Source: Prevotella sp. (lineage in GTDB: Bacteria; Bacteroidota; Bacteroidia; Bacteroidales; Bacteroidaceae). From it: a stretch of 33,164 nucleotides of DNA. Shown here piece after piece: positions 25,783 through 33,164 of this stretch. The stretch covers positions 1 to 33,164 of the forward strand of contig JAJPZE010000055.1 in the NCBI GenBank assembly GCA_021204565.1. The letters run 5' to 3'. Under the pieces are notes generated by a model, which did not search any database, was not told where the DNA came from, and was given only the letters and a program-made list of their open reading frames with translations. Position numbers and translations under genes: made by a program. Every line of letters starts with the position of its first letter. Positions within the stretch are counted from its first letter, which is position 1.

Positions 25783-27879
25783 TCAGAAGTCGCTCTCGGT
25801 CAGCGTCCGTCCGAGATGCGGCAACCGCGCACCCCTCTTCACCGTCTTGGGTAACTCCATTTGCTCGAAGCAGACATACAAACCGATGGCGCGCGTCATC
25901 AGGCGGTCGTCGTGTCCGCCCGGCGGTGCGGCGTACTGCCCGCGCTCGTTCTGTTCGTACACCGCAAACTCGTCTAACGTCCCCTCGTCCCTCTCAATGT
26001 AAGCACCCTCTCTTATGATACGTTTCAGAGATTCTATCACCGCCGCCTTTGTCCGCGCGTTCGTATGGAAACCAATCTTTCGCGGCGCGTGCTTGATAAT
26101 GTCTTCCGTGCTTTGCTCCCGGTAATATAGGTTCGGGTATATGTCCCCTATCAGCTCCAATACGTAATACGAGCTGCCCGCCATATTCGCGCCTACGCCG
26201 CCGTTACTCTCAATCGTGTTGCTCTCAATAACTAGCAACGAGTTATTATACCACGTCGCAATACGCGCCGAACGCCACGCTAATAAGTCCATATCCGTGC
26301 GCCCTCTCCATTGCGCCACAACTACCGGTCTGCCGCCGCCTGACATCATCAATCTGTCAAATACTACTATCACGGAATAGTCCGCCTTGTTGGAAATACC
26401 CCTGCCCGGGTCAACAACAGTTAGATACCTGTCCGTTATAACGGACTCCGCGTCGTCCTCTTCCGGCTCTTCCCAAACGGACAAACAGCCTGACGGGTCT
26501 TTACGGAAATGCAAACACTCCATACACGCCTCGCCCTTGCTCTCCTTGCCGTCCAGCTCCCCAATCATAACAGGCGGTCGGCACGTCTTTCGGAATTTAT
26601 CAACAAGAGAATGGCTGAATACCGTCGCTTTCGTATGCGCGAAGCTCTCGGCATCGTCCGTCGGATACTCCCGCGCCATGTCGTCGTGCGAGGAGAACTT
26701 CTTTCGCTCCTCGATATACCATGCAATATGTTCTAACGTTGCGCCTTTCTCCCATAACCACCAAAGATACCTGCCCGGCTCTTCGCGGTCGCTCTCCGTG
26801 CGGTCGCTCTCCATCCCGTTAATCAGCTTCGCCGCAAACGCAACCTTGTCCTCTATATTCAAACGGTATATCTCTATCTCGTGCCAACCGACGAACACGG
26901 GTTTATATTGGCTACTTCCGTTCTTCGCCGCTAACCACTCCCCATGAAAGAAGTCTCCCGTGCGCTGTGCCGTCGATTCCATCACTATCATTGTGCCGGG
27001 CTTGTAAAGAATACCCCCCGCCGCGCTACGGACAATGTCCTCCGGGTCTTTCCCGTCGGTACGTTTCCATGACGCAACCTCCGAGAAGTGGGCTAATGTA
27101 TGCGACGAGCCTCTGCACGAGTCGGGATGTTCCGCTGTGCCGATCTGTATGTTACACTTCCTCTGCGGTATGTGTGTAATGTTCCGGCTGTTTCCAACCG
27201 GTCGAAATTTCACATCGCCGAAAGGTATCTTTTCGCCAATCGGGTATAACGCTTCCGTCGGATAATTAGCTATGACGCGGCGGAACATAGCCTTGATAGT
27301 GTTCGCTGTGTCTAATACCTGCGCGACAATCAGAGAGTTTAGTCCCTTTTCTCTGACAAGCTGCAACCAAGCTATATATATCTGCGTGAGGGTTGAGCCG
27401 CCCCATTGCCGAGCCTTGTCTATAATGACACGTATCGGGACATTACCCAACCGTTGCTCCTCGAACACCGCCGCGAGTTTCCTTTGCGGTGAATTAAGAC
27501 AAAAAGGTATCTCTTCGCCGCCCGTCTTGTTACTAATTGTTACTAATTCGGCGCACCAAAAAGCGAAATCGTACCGGCGGCGGATGCGCGTTAACAGCTC
27601 CGATGCGTACGCCCGTAACGCCTCGCCCTCTTCCTTTGTCGACGGCTGAATGCAATCGGTAATATATTTCGCTATGCTTCCAGCGTTAGCCACTCGCTCC
27701 ACTAAGGGTACTTTCAACATCTGTAGCGGCAACCATTGCACCGGCAAATCATAATCATCAATGACAACCCTTTCTCGGTTGAGGATACTGCCCTGCCCCG
27801 TTATGGGGTTGAAAACCGCGAATAAACGCGCCCTGCGGCGTTCATTCTCTTCTAATATAGAATTTACCGTCCCGCTCAT
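25783..27879 (-). CDS. terL: Terminase large subunit
   Basis: IIDKARQWGGST Walker A, AHFSE Walker B, MESTA coupling motif, RNase H-like VVDPGRG..ADYS and GGHDDRLM. Confidence 0.95.
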   Translation of the reverse strand: MSGTVNSILEENERRRARLFAVFNPITGQGSILNRERVVIDDYDLPVQWLPLQMLKVPLVERVANAGSIAKYITDCIQPSTKEEGEALRAYASELLTRIRRRYDFAFWCAELVTISNKTGGEEIPFCLNSPQRKLAAVFEEQRLGNVPIRVIIDKARQWGGSTLTQIYIAWLQLVREKGLNSLIVAQVLDTANTIKAMFRRVIANYPTEALYPIGEKIPFGDVKFRPVGNSRNITHIPQRKCNIQIGTAEHPDSCRGSSHTLAHFSEVASWKRTDGKDPEDIVRSAAGGILYKPGTMIVMESTAQRTGDFFHGEWLAAKNGSSQYKPVFVGWHEIEIYRLNIEDKVAFAAKLINGMESDRTESDREEPGRYLWWLWEKGATLEHIAWYIEERKKFSSHDDMAREYPTDDAESFAHTKATVFSHSLVDKFRKTCRPPVMIGELDGKESKGEACMECLHFRKDPSGCLSVWEEPEEDDAESVITDRYLTVVDPGRGISNKADYSVIVVFDRLMMSGGGRPVVVAQWRGRTDMDLLAWRSARIATWYNNSLLVIESNTIESNGGVGANMAGSSYYVLELIGDIYPNLYYREQSTEDIIKHAPRKIGFHTNARTKAAVIESLKRIIREGAYIERDEGTLDEFAVYEQNERGQYAAPPGGHDDRLMTRAIGLYVCFEQMELPKTVKRGARLPHLGRTLTESDF

Positions 27880-28289
27880 TTTCTTTCGCTCCTCGCGCGT
27901 TTTCTGTGCCTTGACAATATAACCGCCGCACTCTCCGGCGTTAAGTAAAATCTCGGTGCGCGCTGTTTAATAACCACGCGCACCGCATGCACTAACGAGT
28001 AACGCGGCTCGGTGGCTCTTAACGCGCAGACGCGCCGCCAAATCTCAACAAACATCTCCCGTTTGTTCTTCGCAAAACAACTCAACCGGTTGCCGCGCTT
28101 CATCTGACGGATAATACGTACCGCCCGGTGTTCCGATACCCAGAAACGCGCGCTCGGAACATTCACCGCACACTCCATCAGCTCCGCAACCGACGTTTGA
28201 CGGTTGCATTTCATGCACTCGTCAAACGCGCGTGCAAGGTCAGCATCACGCTCCCGTATATATTCACATCCGTCTCCTTTTCTCTTCAT
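27876..28289 (-). CDS. Basic phage protein coupled to terL, with an internal duplication; candidate DNA-binding protein
   Basis: VNVPSARFWVSEHRAVRII and IKQRAPRFYLTPESAAVIL repeats; ATGA overlap with terL; ATG 28289 preferred over GTG 28313. Confidence 0.75.
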   Translation of the reverse strand: MKRKGDGCEYIRERDADLARAFDECMKCNRQTSVAELMECAVNVPSARFWVSEHRAVRIIRQMKRGNRLSCFAKNKREMFVEIWRRVCALRATEPRYSLVHAVRVVIKQRAPRFYLTPESAAVILSRHRKRARSERK

Positions 28290-28438
28290 CAATGCGCGCA
28301 TTAATAGTTCCACACTACTCCCCGCAAAGGGTTTTCCATCTTTTCGAGCCTCTATTTAACATTTCGTATCTGTAAATGTTAATTGTGAAATTCATAGCTA
28401 TAACAATCATTTCCGATGCTTGTTAGTAGTTTCTGCCG

Positions 28439-28446
28439 CAAAAATA
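28439..28446 (-). promoter_or_regulatory. -7 promoter element for the terL operon
   Basis: Minus strand TATTTTTG followed by CGGC, just after a terminator; no clear -33 element and no TTAACGGATAAC box. Confidence 0.5.
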
Positions 28447-28481
28447 AGCAATTCATAATTACAAATACGCAATTATAACAC

Positions 28482-28516
28482 AAAAAAACCGCCGTATTTT
28501 AACAATACGACGGTTT
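28482..28516 (-). terminator. Intrinsic terminator ending the accessory operon
   Basis: Minus strand AAACCGTCGTATT-loop-AATACGGCGGTTT then a T run. Confidence 0.85.
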
Positions 28517-28543
28517 CACATCAGCACGCTTATTCGTCGGGCG

Positions 28544-28933
28544 TCACAATCGGCGAATGCTGTAAGTCATGACATCATCTGTGAACGAATCGTCGCCGCG
28601 TTTGTACATCACACAATCGTCAAAATACCAGCCCGGTCCTTCATACCATTCCGGACTGTCCGCACCGACGGGTTCGTCTATCTCCTGCATGAGTTCTCTA
28701 ATCTCCTCGTCATCACAGAAGTACCATGATAAATGATGATCCGCGTACTCCTCCAGTAAGCTCAACGCCTCAGAATGTGAATAGCCATAGCCGTCACAAT
28801 CATCGTGTATCCATTCAATGGGGGTCGCCATATTCTTTTTCAAAACTTTGCCGCCGTTATAATACTCAAGCGCATGATACGGGTCGCACGTTGCTACAAT
28901 CATATGACGTTCTTCTGTGTTCTTGCTCTTCAT
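28544..28933 (-). CDS. Highly acidic hypothetical protein
   Basis: 129 aa; by my count 29 D/E versus 11 K/R; rich in aromatic residues. Confidence 0.8.
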   Translation of the reverse strand: MKSKNTEERHMIVATCDPYHALEYYNGGKVLKKNMATPIEWIHDDCDGYGYSHSEALSLLEEYADHHLSWYFCDDEEIRELMQEIDEPVGADSPEWYEGPGWYFDDCVMYKRGDDSFTDDVMTYSIRRL

Positions 28934-28984
28934 AAATCGTTCCTTTCTATTCGTACTTTACAAAATTAATCACTTCCCCTCGTT

Positions 28985-29164
28985 TCACTCCTCTATTCCC
29001 TCCAAATCATCGCGCCAAACGTCGGAAAGCGCTCCGGCAGTAATCAGTAAGCCAAGCGCGAAAACTTTGCTTAAAACGAAAACTAACGCACTCTCCGCGC
29101 CTGAGACGGCGAGCAATAAGCCTGCCGCGCCTAATGCGCCTATGATCAGTAAATGTGTATTCAT
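28985..29164 (-). CDS. 59-aa two-transmembrane protein (not in the ORF track)
   Basis: MNTHLLIIGALGAAGLLLAVSGAESALVFVLSKVFALGLLITAGALSDVWRDDLEGIEE; ATGA-coupled to the upstream gene. Confidence 0.75.
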   Translation of the reverse strand: MNTHLLIIGALGAAGLLLAVSGAESALVFVLSKVFALGLLITAGALSDVWRDDLEGIEE

Positions 29165-29460
29165 AACTGCTCCTCCTCCTCCTCCTCTAATGTATTAATA
29201 AATTCTTTCTTCGTAATCAGCCCCGCCTTGTCGTTGCAATGTGCATAATGCTCTCGCTTCGCCGTTACATAAGCAAGAGTCACTGCATAGAATAATGCCG
29301 TCGTCGGTATGCTGCCAATGCCGCAACCGTTCACCTCTACACTGAAACGTCCCGGTATCTCCTCTACCACAAAGATGTTAATCCCGTCCGCTTTCGCGCT
29401 CTTAATCGTTTGCGCCACCGTCTCCATCAGATCCGCGCGGTTGTAATAATACCTTGCCAT
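29161..29460 (-). CDS. Hypothetical protein, tandem paralog A
   Basis: 99 aa; shares YYNRADLMETVAQTIKSAKADG with its neighbour. Confidence 0.8.
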   Translation of the reverse strand: MARYYYNRADLMETVAQTIKSAKADGINIFVVEEIPGRFSVEVNGCGIGSIPTTALFYAVTLAYVTAKREHYAHCNDKAGLITKKEFINTLEEEEEEQL

Positions 29461-29472
29461 AATTGTCTCTGT

Positions 29473-29688
29473 TCATTGATGATGCTTATCCAACAATACA
29501 TAAGCGAAACTAACTACAAAAGGCAATGCCTCCAATGGAATGTCGCAAATGCCTCTGCCTTTCACCTCTACACTGAACACTCCCGGCTCATCCTCAACCA
29601 CCAAGATGTTCACACCGTCCGCTTTCGCGCTCTTAATCGTTTGCGCCACCGTCTCCATCAGATCCGCGCGGTTGTAATATCTTTCCAT
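29473..29688 (-). CDS. Hypothetical protein, tandem paralog B
   Basis: 71 aa; 65 bp identical to paralog A; same leader sequence. Confidence 0.8.
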   Translation of the reverse strand: MERYYNRADLMETVAQTIKSAKADGVNILVVEDEPGVFSVEVKGRGICDIPLEALPFVVSFAYVLLDKHHQ

Positions 29689-29713
29689 AATTGTCTCTTT
29701 CTGCTCCCGATAG

Positions 29714-30079
29714 TTAATTAATTATTGTTAGCACGTTAACACACCACAAGTCAACAATGCCGGTCCGTCCCTTTTGTATGAGTTCGGAAAACTCTTCACT
29801 GTTCATAGTAGTGCCGGAACACTTTCCATAACGTTGCGCCAAAATCTTCACGTTCTCACCTGTGTAAGTAGGATAGATGTCAACTATCTTATAATTCAAC
29901 TTCCTGCCGACAAGGTTATACTCCGTTTCCGGGTCTTCTATATACGGGCGCGGGTTTTCATCAAAAAAGTGCGTGCAAACACGTAGCCTCTTTCCTATTA
30001 ATTCCTGCGCCCCTTTCTCTACAAGCTCCGTTACAACTCTCGTTGCCGTCTCTCCGGCTGTCTGTTTGTTCGTCTTCAT
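29714..30079 (-). CDS. Hypothetical protein, first gene of the leftward operon (LIGKR family)
   Basis: 121 aa after an A-rich leader; motifs shared with 32723..33040 and 33037..33164. Confidence 0.8.
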   Translation of the reverse strand: MKTNKQTAGETATRVVTELVEKGAQELIGKRLRVCTHFFDENPRPYIEDPETEYNLVGRKLNYKIVDIYPTYTGENVKILAQRYGKCSGTTMNSEEFSELIQKGRTGIVDLWCVNVLTIIN

Positions 30080-30120
30080 AATTCTCTAATAGGTTTAATG
30101 GTTTGTTATTTTTGATAGTG

Positions 30121-30151
30121 CAAAGGTAAAACCATTATCTTACTCTTGCAA
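30121..30151 (-). promoter_or_regulatory. Leftward promoter of the switch region with an embedded operator
   Basis: Minus strand TTG, N20, TACCTTTG; GTAA-N10-TTAC at 30126-30143. Confidence 0.8.
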
Positions 30152-30191
30152 GAGTTAGGGTAGTATTTAACACTAACTTTAACCTTGCTTA

Positions 30192-30240
30192 ATAAGATTA
30201 GGGCTTTACTTAATGGATGTTGGTAAATGTTAAATGGTAC
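30192..30240. promoter_or_regulatory. Two further operator-like sites
   Basis: ATAAGATTAGGGCTTTAC (30192-30209) and GTAAATGTTAAATGGTAC (30223-30240), each one mismatch from GTAA-N10-TTAC. Confidence 0.5.
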
Positions 30241-30267
30241 GTTTGCATTATTTAATAATGTTCTGTG

Positions 30268-30297
30268 TTGACGTTGTAAGGAAATAGTATACCTTTG
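30268..30297 (+). promoter_or_regulatory. Rightward promoter for the repressor
   Basis: TTG (30268-70), N19, TACCTTTG (30290-97). Confidence 0.75.
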
Positions 30298-30325
30298 CCG
30301 ACGAAAACTATAACATTATATCATT

Positions 30326-30610
30326 ATGGACATTTCGCGGATAATGTATGAGAAGCGAGTGAACAAGGCTGAGCTCGCCCGGCGGATGGGAATAACAAAA
30401 CAGAGTATTAATGCGGCAATGCAAAACCCTACGGAAACAACAATCAGGCGGATGGCGGACGCTCTGGGGGTTGAGGTCTGGGAATTGTTCGCCGACGAGG
30501 AAACACGCGAAAGAGGACTGCACGGACAAGGGCTGACTTGTCCTGTGTGCGGCTCTCCCCTGCGCGTTGATGTGATCACATTCTCTCCCGCGCCTGACGC
30601 AAAGGACTAA
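30326..30610 (+). CDS. XRE-family HTH repressor with C-terminal CPxCG motif
   Basis: KAELARRMGITKQSINAAMQNPTETTIRRMADALGVEVWELF plus LTCPVCG; transcribed divergently from the neighbouring operon. Confidence 0.9.
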   Translation: MDISRIMYEKRVNKAELARRMGITKQSINAAMQNPTETTIRRMADALGVEVWELFADEETRERGLHGQGLTCPVCGSPLRVDVITFSPAPDAKD

Positions 30611-30706
30611 CGCAAAGGACTAACTCCCGACGGTTGTCCGTTCGCCGGCGTTTCCCGGTGTGCATAACAAACACCACTGCCGCCGGGAAACTGCACACGC
30701 GCCTGG

Positions 30707-30790
30707 CTGCGCAAACGTTTGCACAATATAGGGCAACGCCGGGCGTGTCGGTGCAGGGACTACACGGCAACTGCGCAAACGTTTGCACAA
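30707..30790. repeat. Two identical 20-bp sites with a palindromic core
   Basis: CTGCGCAAACGTTTGCACAA at 30707-30726 and 30771-30790; GCAAACGTTTGC is a perfect palindrome. Confidence 0.9.
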
Positions 30791-30970
30791 CTCCCGGCAC
30801 GCGGGGGAAACAATACCCCCGCCGGTCTTAATCACACAACGCTCCCGACAACTCTCCTTGTGCGCCCGTCCCGGCACTTCGCGTTTAAGGGGTCTCTCGT
30901 TCGCTCTGTTGCGTTTTTCTTGTTCGGGCGTGTAGTTATAGGTCGGGGGTTGTAAAATGCGCTTAAATCG

Positions 30971-31001
30971 CAAATTTAACACACTGCCGGCAAAGGGCAA
31001 A
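30971..31001 (-). promoter_or_regulatory. Consensus promoter pointing into the non-coding region and against the repressor gene
   Basis: Minus strand TTTG (31001-30998), N19, TAAATTTG (30978-30971). Confidence 0.6.
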
Positions 31002-31043
31002 GAAAACCCCGCCGCGTATCACTACGAAGCGGGGGAATTTTTT
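30998..31043. terminator. Probably bidirectional terminator after the right-hand gene block
   Basis: CCCCGC...GCGGGG stem (31007-31034) with an A run on the left and a T run on the right. Confidence 0.7.
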
Positions 31044-31079
31044 ATAGAATATAAGAAGACACAAAAACCACGCTAATAG

Positions 31080-31487
31080 TTAAACCACTTCATCGCCGTC
31101 TCCTTCCCGTTTCGGACTATTGTCCCAAAACCGTAACGCCGCCTTAACCGTCTCCTTCTCGTCCGCCGACAGGGGCAACCCGTACTCAATCTTGATTGCC
31201 AACGCCCCCGCCGTTTGAAAGGTCTTCTCCAATACGCCCGGACAAACAGCATCAATGCACCGCAACTTCGTAACCATCTCGCCAATCGCGCGCCCCCGCT
31301 CTTTGTACATCTCCGACAAGAGGTCAACACTCTTAAAGCCCCTCGTCGCCGACGAAAAAGCAAGGATAAAGTCGCGGGGGTCGTCATAACTCGCCCCGAC
31401 TACATCATACACGTCGTTTAATAACCGCCACGCATCCGGGTTAATCGTTTCGCCCGTCGCGCATAATACATCGTGTTTCGTTATCAT
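31080..31487 (-). CDS. Hypothetical phage protein
   Basis: 135-aa ORF with ATG and AT-rich leader. Confidence 0.75.
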   Translation of the reverse strand: MITKHDVLCATGETINPDAWRLLNDVYDVVGASYDDPRDFILAFSSATRGFKSVDLLSEMYKERGRAIGEMVTKLRCIDAVCPGVLEKTFQTAGALAIKIEYGLPLSADEKETVKAALRFWDNSPKREGDGDEVV

Positions 31488-31518
31488 ATCGTTATAAATT
31501 AGAAATTTGAAAATAACA

Positions 31519-31847
31519 TCATCCGTCGTACTCCTCTATCGCCATACTCACAACGCCGGGATTGTAACGGATGTCCAACAGCTGCTCCTCGCCCATGCAC
31601 ATCTCCTGCGTAAAGTCGGCACGTATAATACGCACCAACGGCAACCATATGTTCCGTTTCCGCTCCTCGTCGTTCGTCAGTATTCCGTAGTCGCCGAACA
31701 CAATACGCAGGAGCGCATCGTAAAAGTCCCAAGCCTCGCCCAAGTAACTGCGGTCTTTATTCGCCACCGCGAACAACGCCGGTAACCGATAAACACAACC
31801 GATACGGGGACAACGCTCTTCCCGTCAAATATCTTTCTGCCTGCCAT
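31519..31847 (-). pseudogene. Hypothetical gene probably split by a 1-nt frameshift near 31780 (or a shorter gene starting at TTG 31776)
   Basis: ATG 31847 gives MAGRKIFDGKSVVPVSVVFIGYR; a -1 shift joins it to ALFAVANKDRSYLGEAW...EEYDG. Confidence 0.45.
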
Positions 31848-32058
31848 ATTCAACCTCGTCCTCCGCGTCCGTTTTCGCCTCGCGCAATATGCCGTCGGCA
31901 CGGATGTACTCCTCGTCCGACCAGCCGGCACTGTCCAAATCAACGCGCTCGCGTATATTCATCACCGCTTGCGCCTGCGCCGCTATCGGCACGAACACAC
32001 GAATAATGTCCGTTGCCCTGCGCACGTCTTTCGCGCTCTTGAAATGTATCTCATTCAT
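31825..32058 (-). CDS. Hypothetical phage protein
   Basis: 77-aa ORF with ATG, within a packed operon. Confidence 0.75.
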   Translation of the reverse strand: MNEIHFKSAKDVRRATDIIRVFVPIAAQAQAVMNIRERVDLDSAGWSDEEYIRADGILREAKTDAEDEVEYGRQKDI

Positions 32059-32089
32059 AGATTGTTCTCCTTTGCTCTTCGTAAATCAA

Positions 32090-32203
32090 TCAATCAATGT
32101 TATGATGTCCAAAGTCGTCCTCGTCGTCCCGGTACGCGCTCCGGATAATCGACACGGCAGAGAACACTACAAACACCACAAGGATAATAACCACCGCAAT
32201 CAT
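32090..32203 (-). CDS. 37-aa single-transmembrane protein with an acidic tail
   Basis: MIAVVIILVVFVVFSAVSIIRSAYRDDEDDFGHHNID; ATGA-coupled start at 32203. Confidence 0.65.
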   Translation of the reverse strand: MIAVVIILVVFVVFSAVSIIRSAYRDDEDDFGHHNID

Positions 32204-32550
32204 CTTCCGCCCCCTTCCTTCGTCTTCACCTCCATCAACTCGTAGCGCGTAACGATAACCCGCGTCATATCCGTACACTTTATAACGTCCTCGCGTTCGC
32301 ACCAACCGCGCCGGTAAAGGTGCTCACTCTCCTCGTCGGTCAGCCACAAAGTGCGCCGGACGTTGTGGCTGGAAAGCAACGAAAAGAAATAACCGCTTTC
32401 GTTACCCCGCAGTATGTCGGTAATTTTATACAACTCAAACCACGTGCCTTTCGCATATTTGTTCTTCCTCTGGCGAATGCTTATCTTCATTGTCAAATCC
32501 GACAACCGCGCCTCCATCTTCTCCAAAGAAATAATCTTCTCCTCTGCCAT
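32200..32550 (-). CDS. Hypothetical phage protein
   Basis: 116-aa ORF within a packed operon. Confidence 0.75.
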   Translation of the reverse strand: MAEEKIISLEKMEARLSDLTMKISIRQRKNKYAKGTWFELYKITDILRGNESGYFFSLLSSHNVRRTLWLTDEESEHLYRRGWCEREDVIKCTDMTRVIVTRYELMEVKTKEGGGR

Positions 32551-32561
32551 AACCTGAAAAC

Positions 32562-32726
32562 TTATAACCCGTCCTCCTCGATAATCAACGCAATCAGCAT
32601 TAACTCAATCGTATACAACGCGAGAAAAAACGTCGCTTGCCAGCCTGTCGTTCTAATCACCATAATTGCCAAGAATGCCGCCGCAACAGCGAACATCAGC
32701 AACGTAATACGTCCTAACCACTTCAT
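32562..32726 (-). CDS. 54-aa two-transmembrane protein (not in the ORF track)
   Basis: MKWLGRITLLMFAVAAAFLAIMVIRTTGWQATFFLALYTIELMLIALIIEEDGL; ATGA-coupled. Confidence 0.7.
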   Translation of the reverse strand: MKWLGRITLLMFAVAAAFLAIMVIRTTGWQATFFLALYTIELMLIALIIEEDGL

Positions 32727-33040
32727 ACCTGTTTATCTTTATCAATCAGCCTGATAATCGGCTCTGATATGTAAATCTCTTCAAACGCCGTTTCTTTCCC
32801 GGCGAAAAAATCTCTCGTCTGTTCAAAAGTGAGGGGTACGCGCACCTTGTCGCTCTCGTCGCATAAAATATACGGCGGCGGCAAAATCGGTATATTCCCG
32901 GTCGCAACATTCCGGTATTCCTCCAACGCGTCCTCGTCCTGATATACATCCGCGACGGTAAACTCGAAGTCCGCCACTTCGGTATGCACGGCAATCCTCT
33001 TGCCGATTAACTGCGCCTTAATCCACTCTTCATTAATCAT
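32723..33040 (-). CDS. Hypothetical protein (LIGKR family)
   Basis: 105 aa; ATGA coupling at both ends. Confidence 0.8.
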   Translation of the reverse strand: MINEEWIKAQLIGKRIAVHTEVADFEFTVADVYQDEDALEEYRNVATGNIPILPPPYILCDESDKVRVPLTFEQTRDFFAGKETAFEEIYISEPIIRLIDKDKQV

Positions 33041-33164
33041 ACTTGTTTATCGTTATTCGTTATCAATTTCGCCGTTCCGACATTTATCCAAAGGTCTCTT
33101 ATACAAACCTCTTTGCCCGCGAGCAAGTCCGCCGCCTCTTGAAACATTAATGCAAACTCCATCG
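33037..33164 (-). CDS. 3' end of a paralog of 32723..33040 (5' end probably outside the window)
   Basis: ...MEFALMFQEAADLLAGKEVCIRDLWINVGTAKLITNNDKQV*; same AGKE motif and DKQV ending. Confidence 0.7.
   Translation of the reverse strand, partial: MEFALMFQEAADLLAGKEVCIRDLWINVGTAKLITNNDKQV

Larger units (their letters stand above)
1..33164. mobile_element. Bacteroidales tailed phage/prophage segment (head, ejection, packaging and immunity modules); both ends lie outside the window
   Basis: Large terminase, capsid/scaffold-like genes, DarB-like giant protein, HTH repressor switch and dense small ORFs; Bacteroidetes-type TAnnTTTG promoters; no host housekeeping gene seen. Confidence 0.93.

Noticed and set aside
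28315-28410. 31-aa upstream ORF (MIVIAMNFTINIYRYEMLNRGSKRWKTLCGE) before the terL operon
   Set aside because: Possible, but short and AT-rich with no coupling or motif support
30598-30623. 13-bp tandem duplication CGCAAAGGACTAA at the repressor stop, as a target-site duplication or att site
   Set aside because: The copies are adjacent with no element between them, and no integrase or transposase is nearby; slippage explains it
30620-31000. 126-aa minus-strand ORF and overlapping short ORFs
   Set aside because: TTG start inside a promoter/terminator, atypical composition, and a repeat-dominated sequence; treated as non-coding
31777-31827. TGA read-through fusing 31825..32058 to 31519..31776 (same frame)
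   Set aside because: The intervening peptide REERCPRIGCVYRLP looks non-coding; the frameshift model fits better, though neither is proven

Overview
The whole window is part of a tailed phage or prophage of a Bacteroidales host. Host assignment rests on repeated TTTG-N19/20-TAnnTTTG promoters and AT-rich leaders without Shine-Dalgarno sequences. It is probably a temperate podovirus-like phage, and most genes are on the minus strand. From right to left: small early genes; a structured non-coding region; an HTH repressor with a divergent multi-operator switch; a small accessory operon; the large terminase; an inverted cassette (small ORF, HTH gene, candidate sRNA); three probable ejection proteins, the last a 4634-aa polyvalent protein (DarB-like methyltransferase, SF2 helicase, metallopeptidase-like motif, LPD38-like end); a putative small terminase; scaffold; major capsid; adaptor; and fibre-like genes ending in an LRR protein cut by the window edge. 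The most notable unannotated signals are: (1) a TTAACGGATAAC-N23-TAnnTTTG promoter class occurring three times, only before morphogenesis genes; (2) a 49-aa microprotein that copies the capsid N-terminal arm; (3) short acidic C-terminal and basic N-terminal helical motifs shared among the fibre genes, one of them 32/34 nt identical between two genes, suggesting modular plug-and-socket fibre assembly; (4) a CAGTAAA motif spaced at 24-25 nt over structural-gene start regions; (5) an Acr-Aca-like inverted cassette followed by a promoter-to-terminator small RNA. No integrase, portal, lysis, tRNA or CRISPR feature was recognised. All family calls come from reading motifs by eye; no searches were run.
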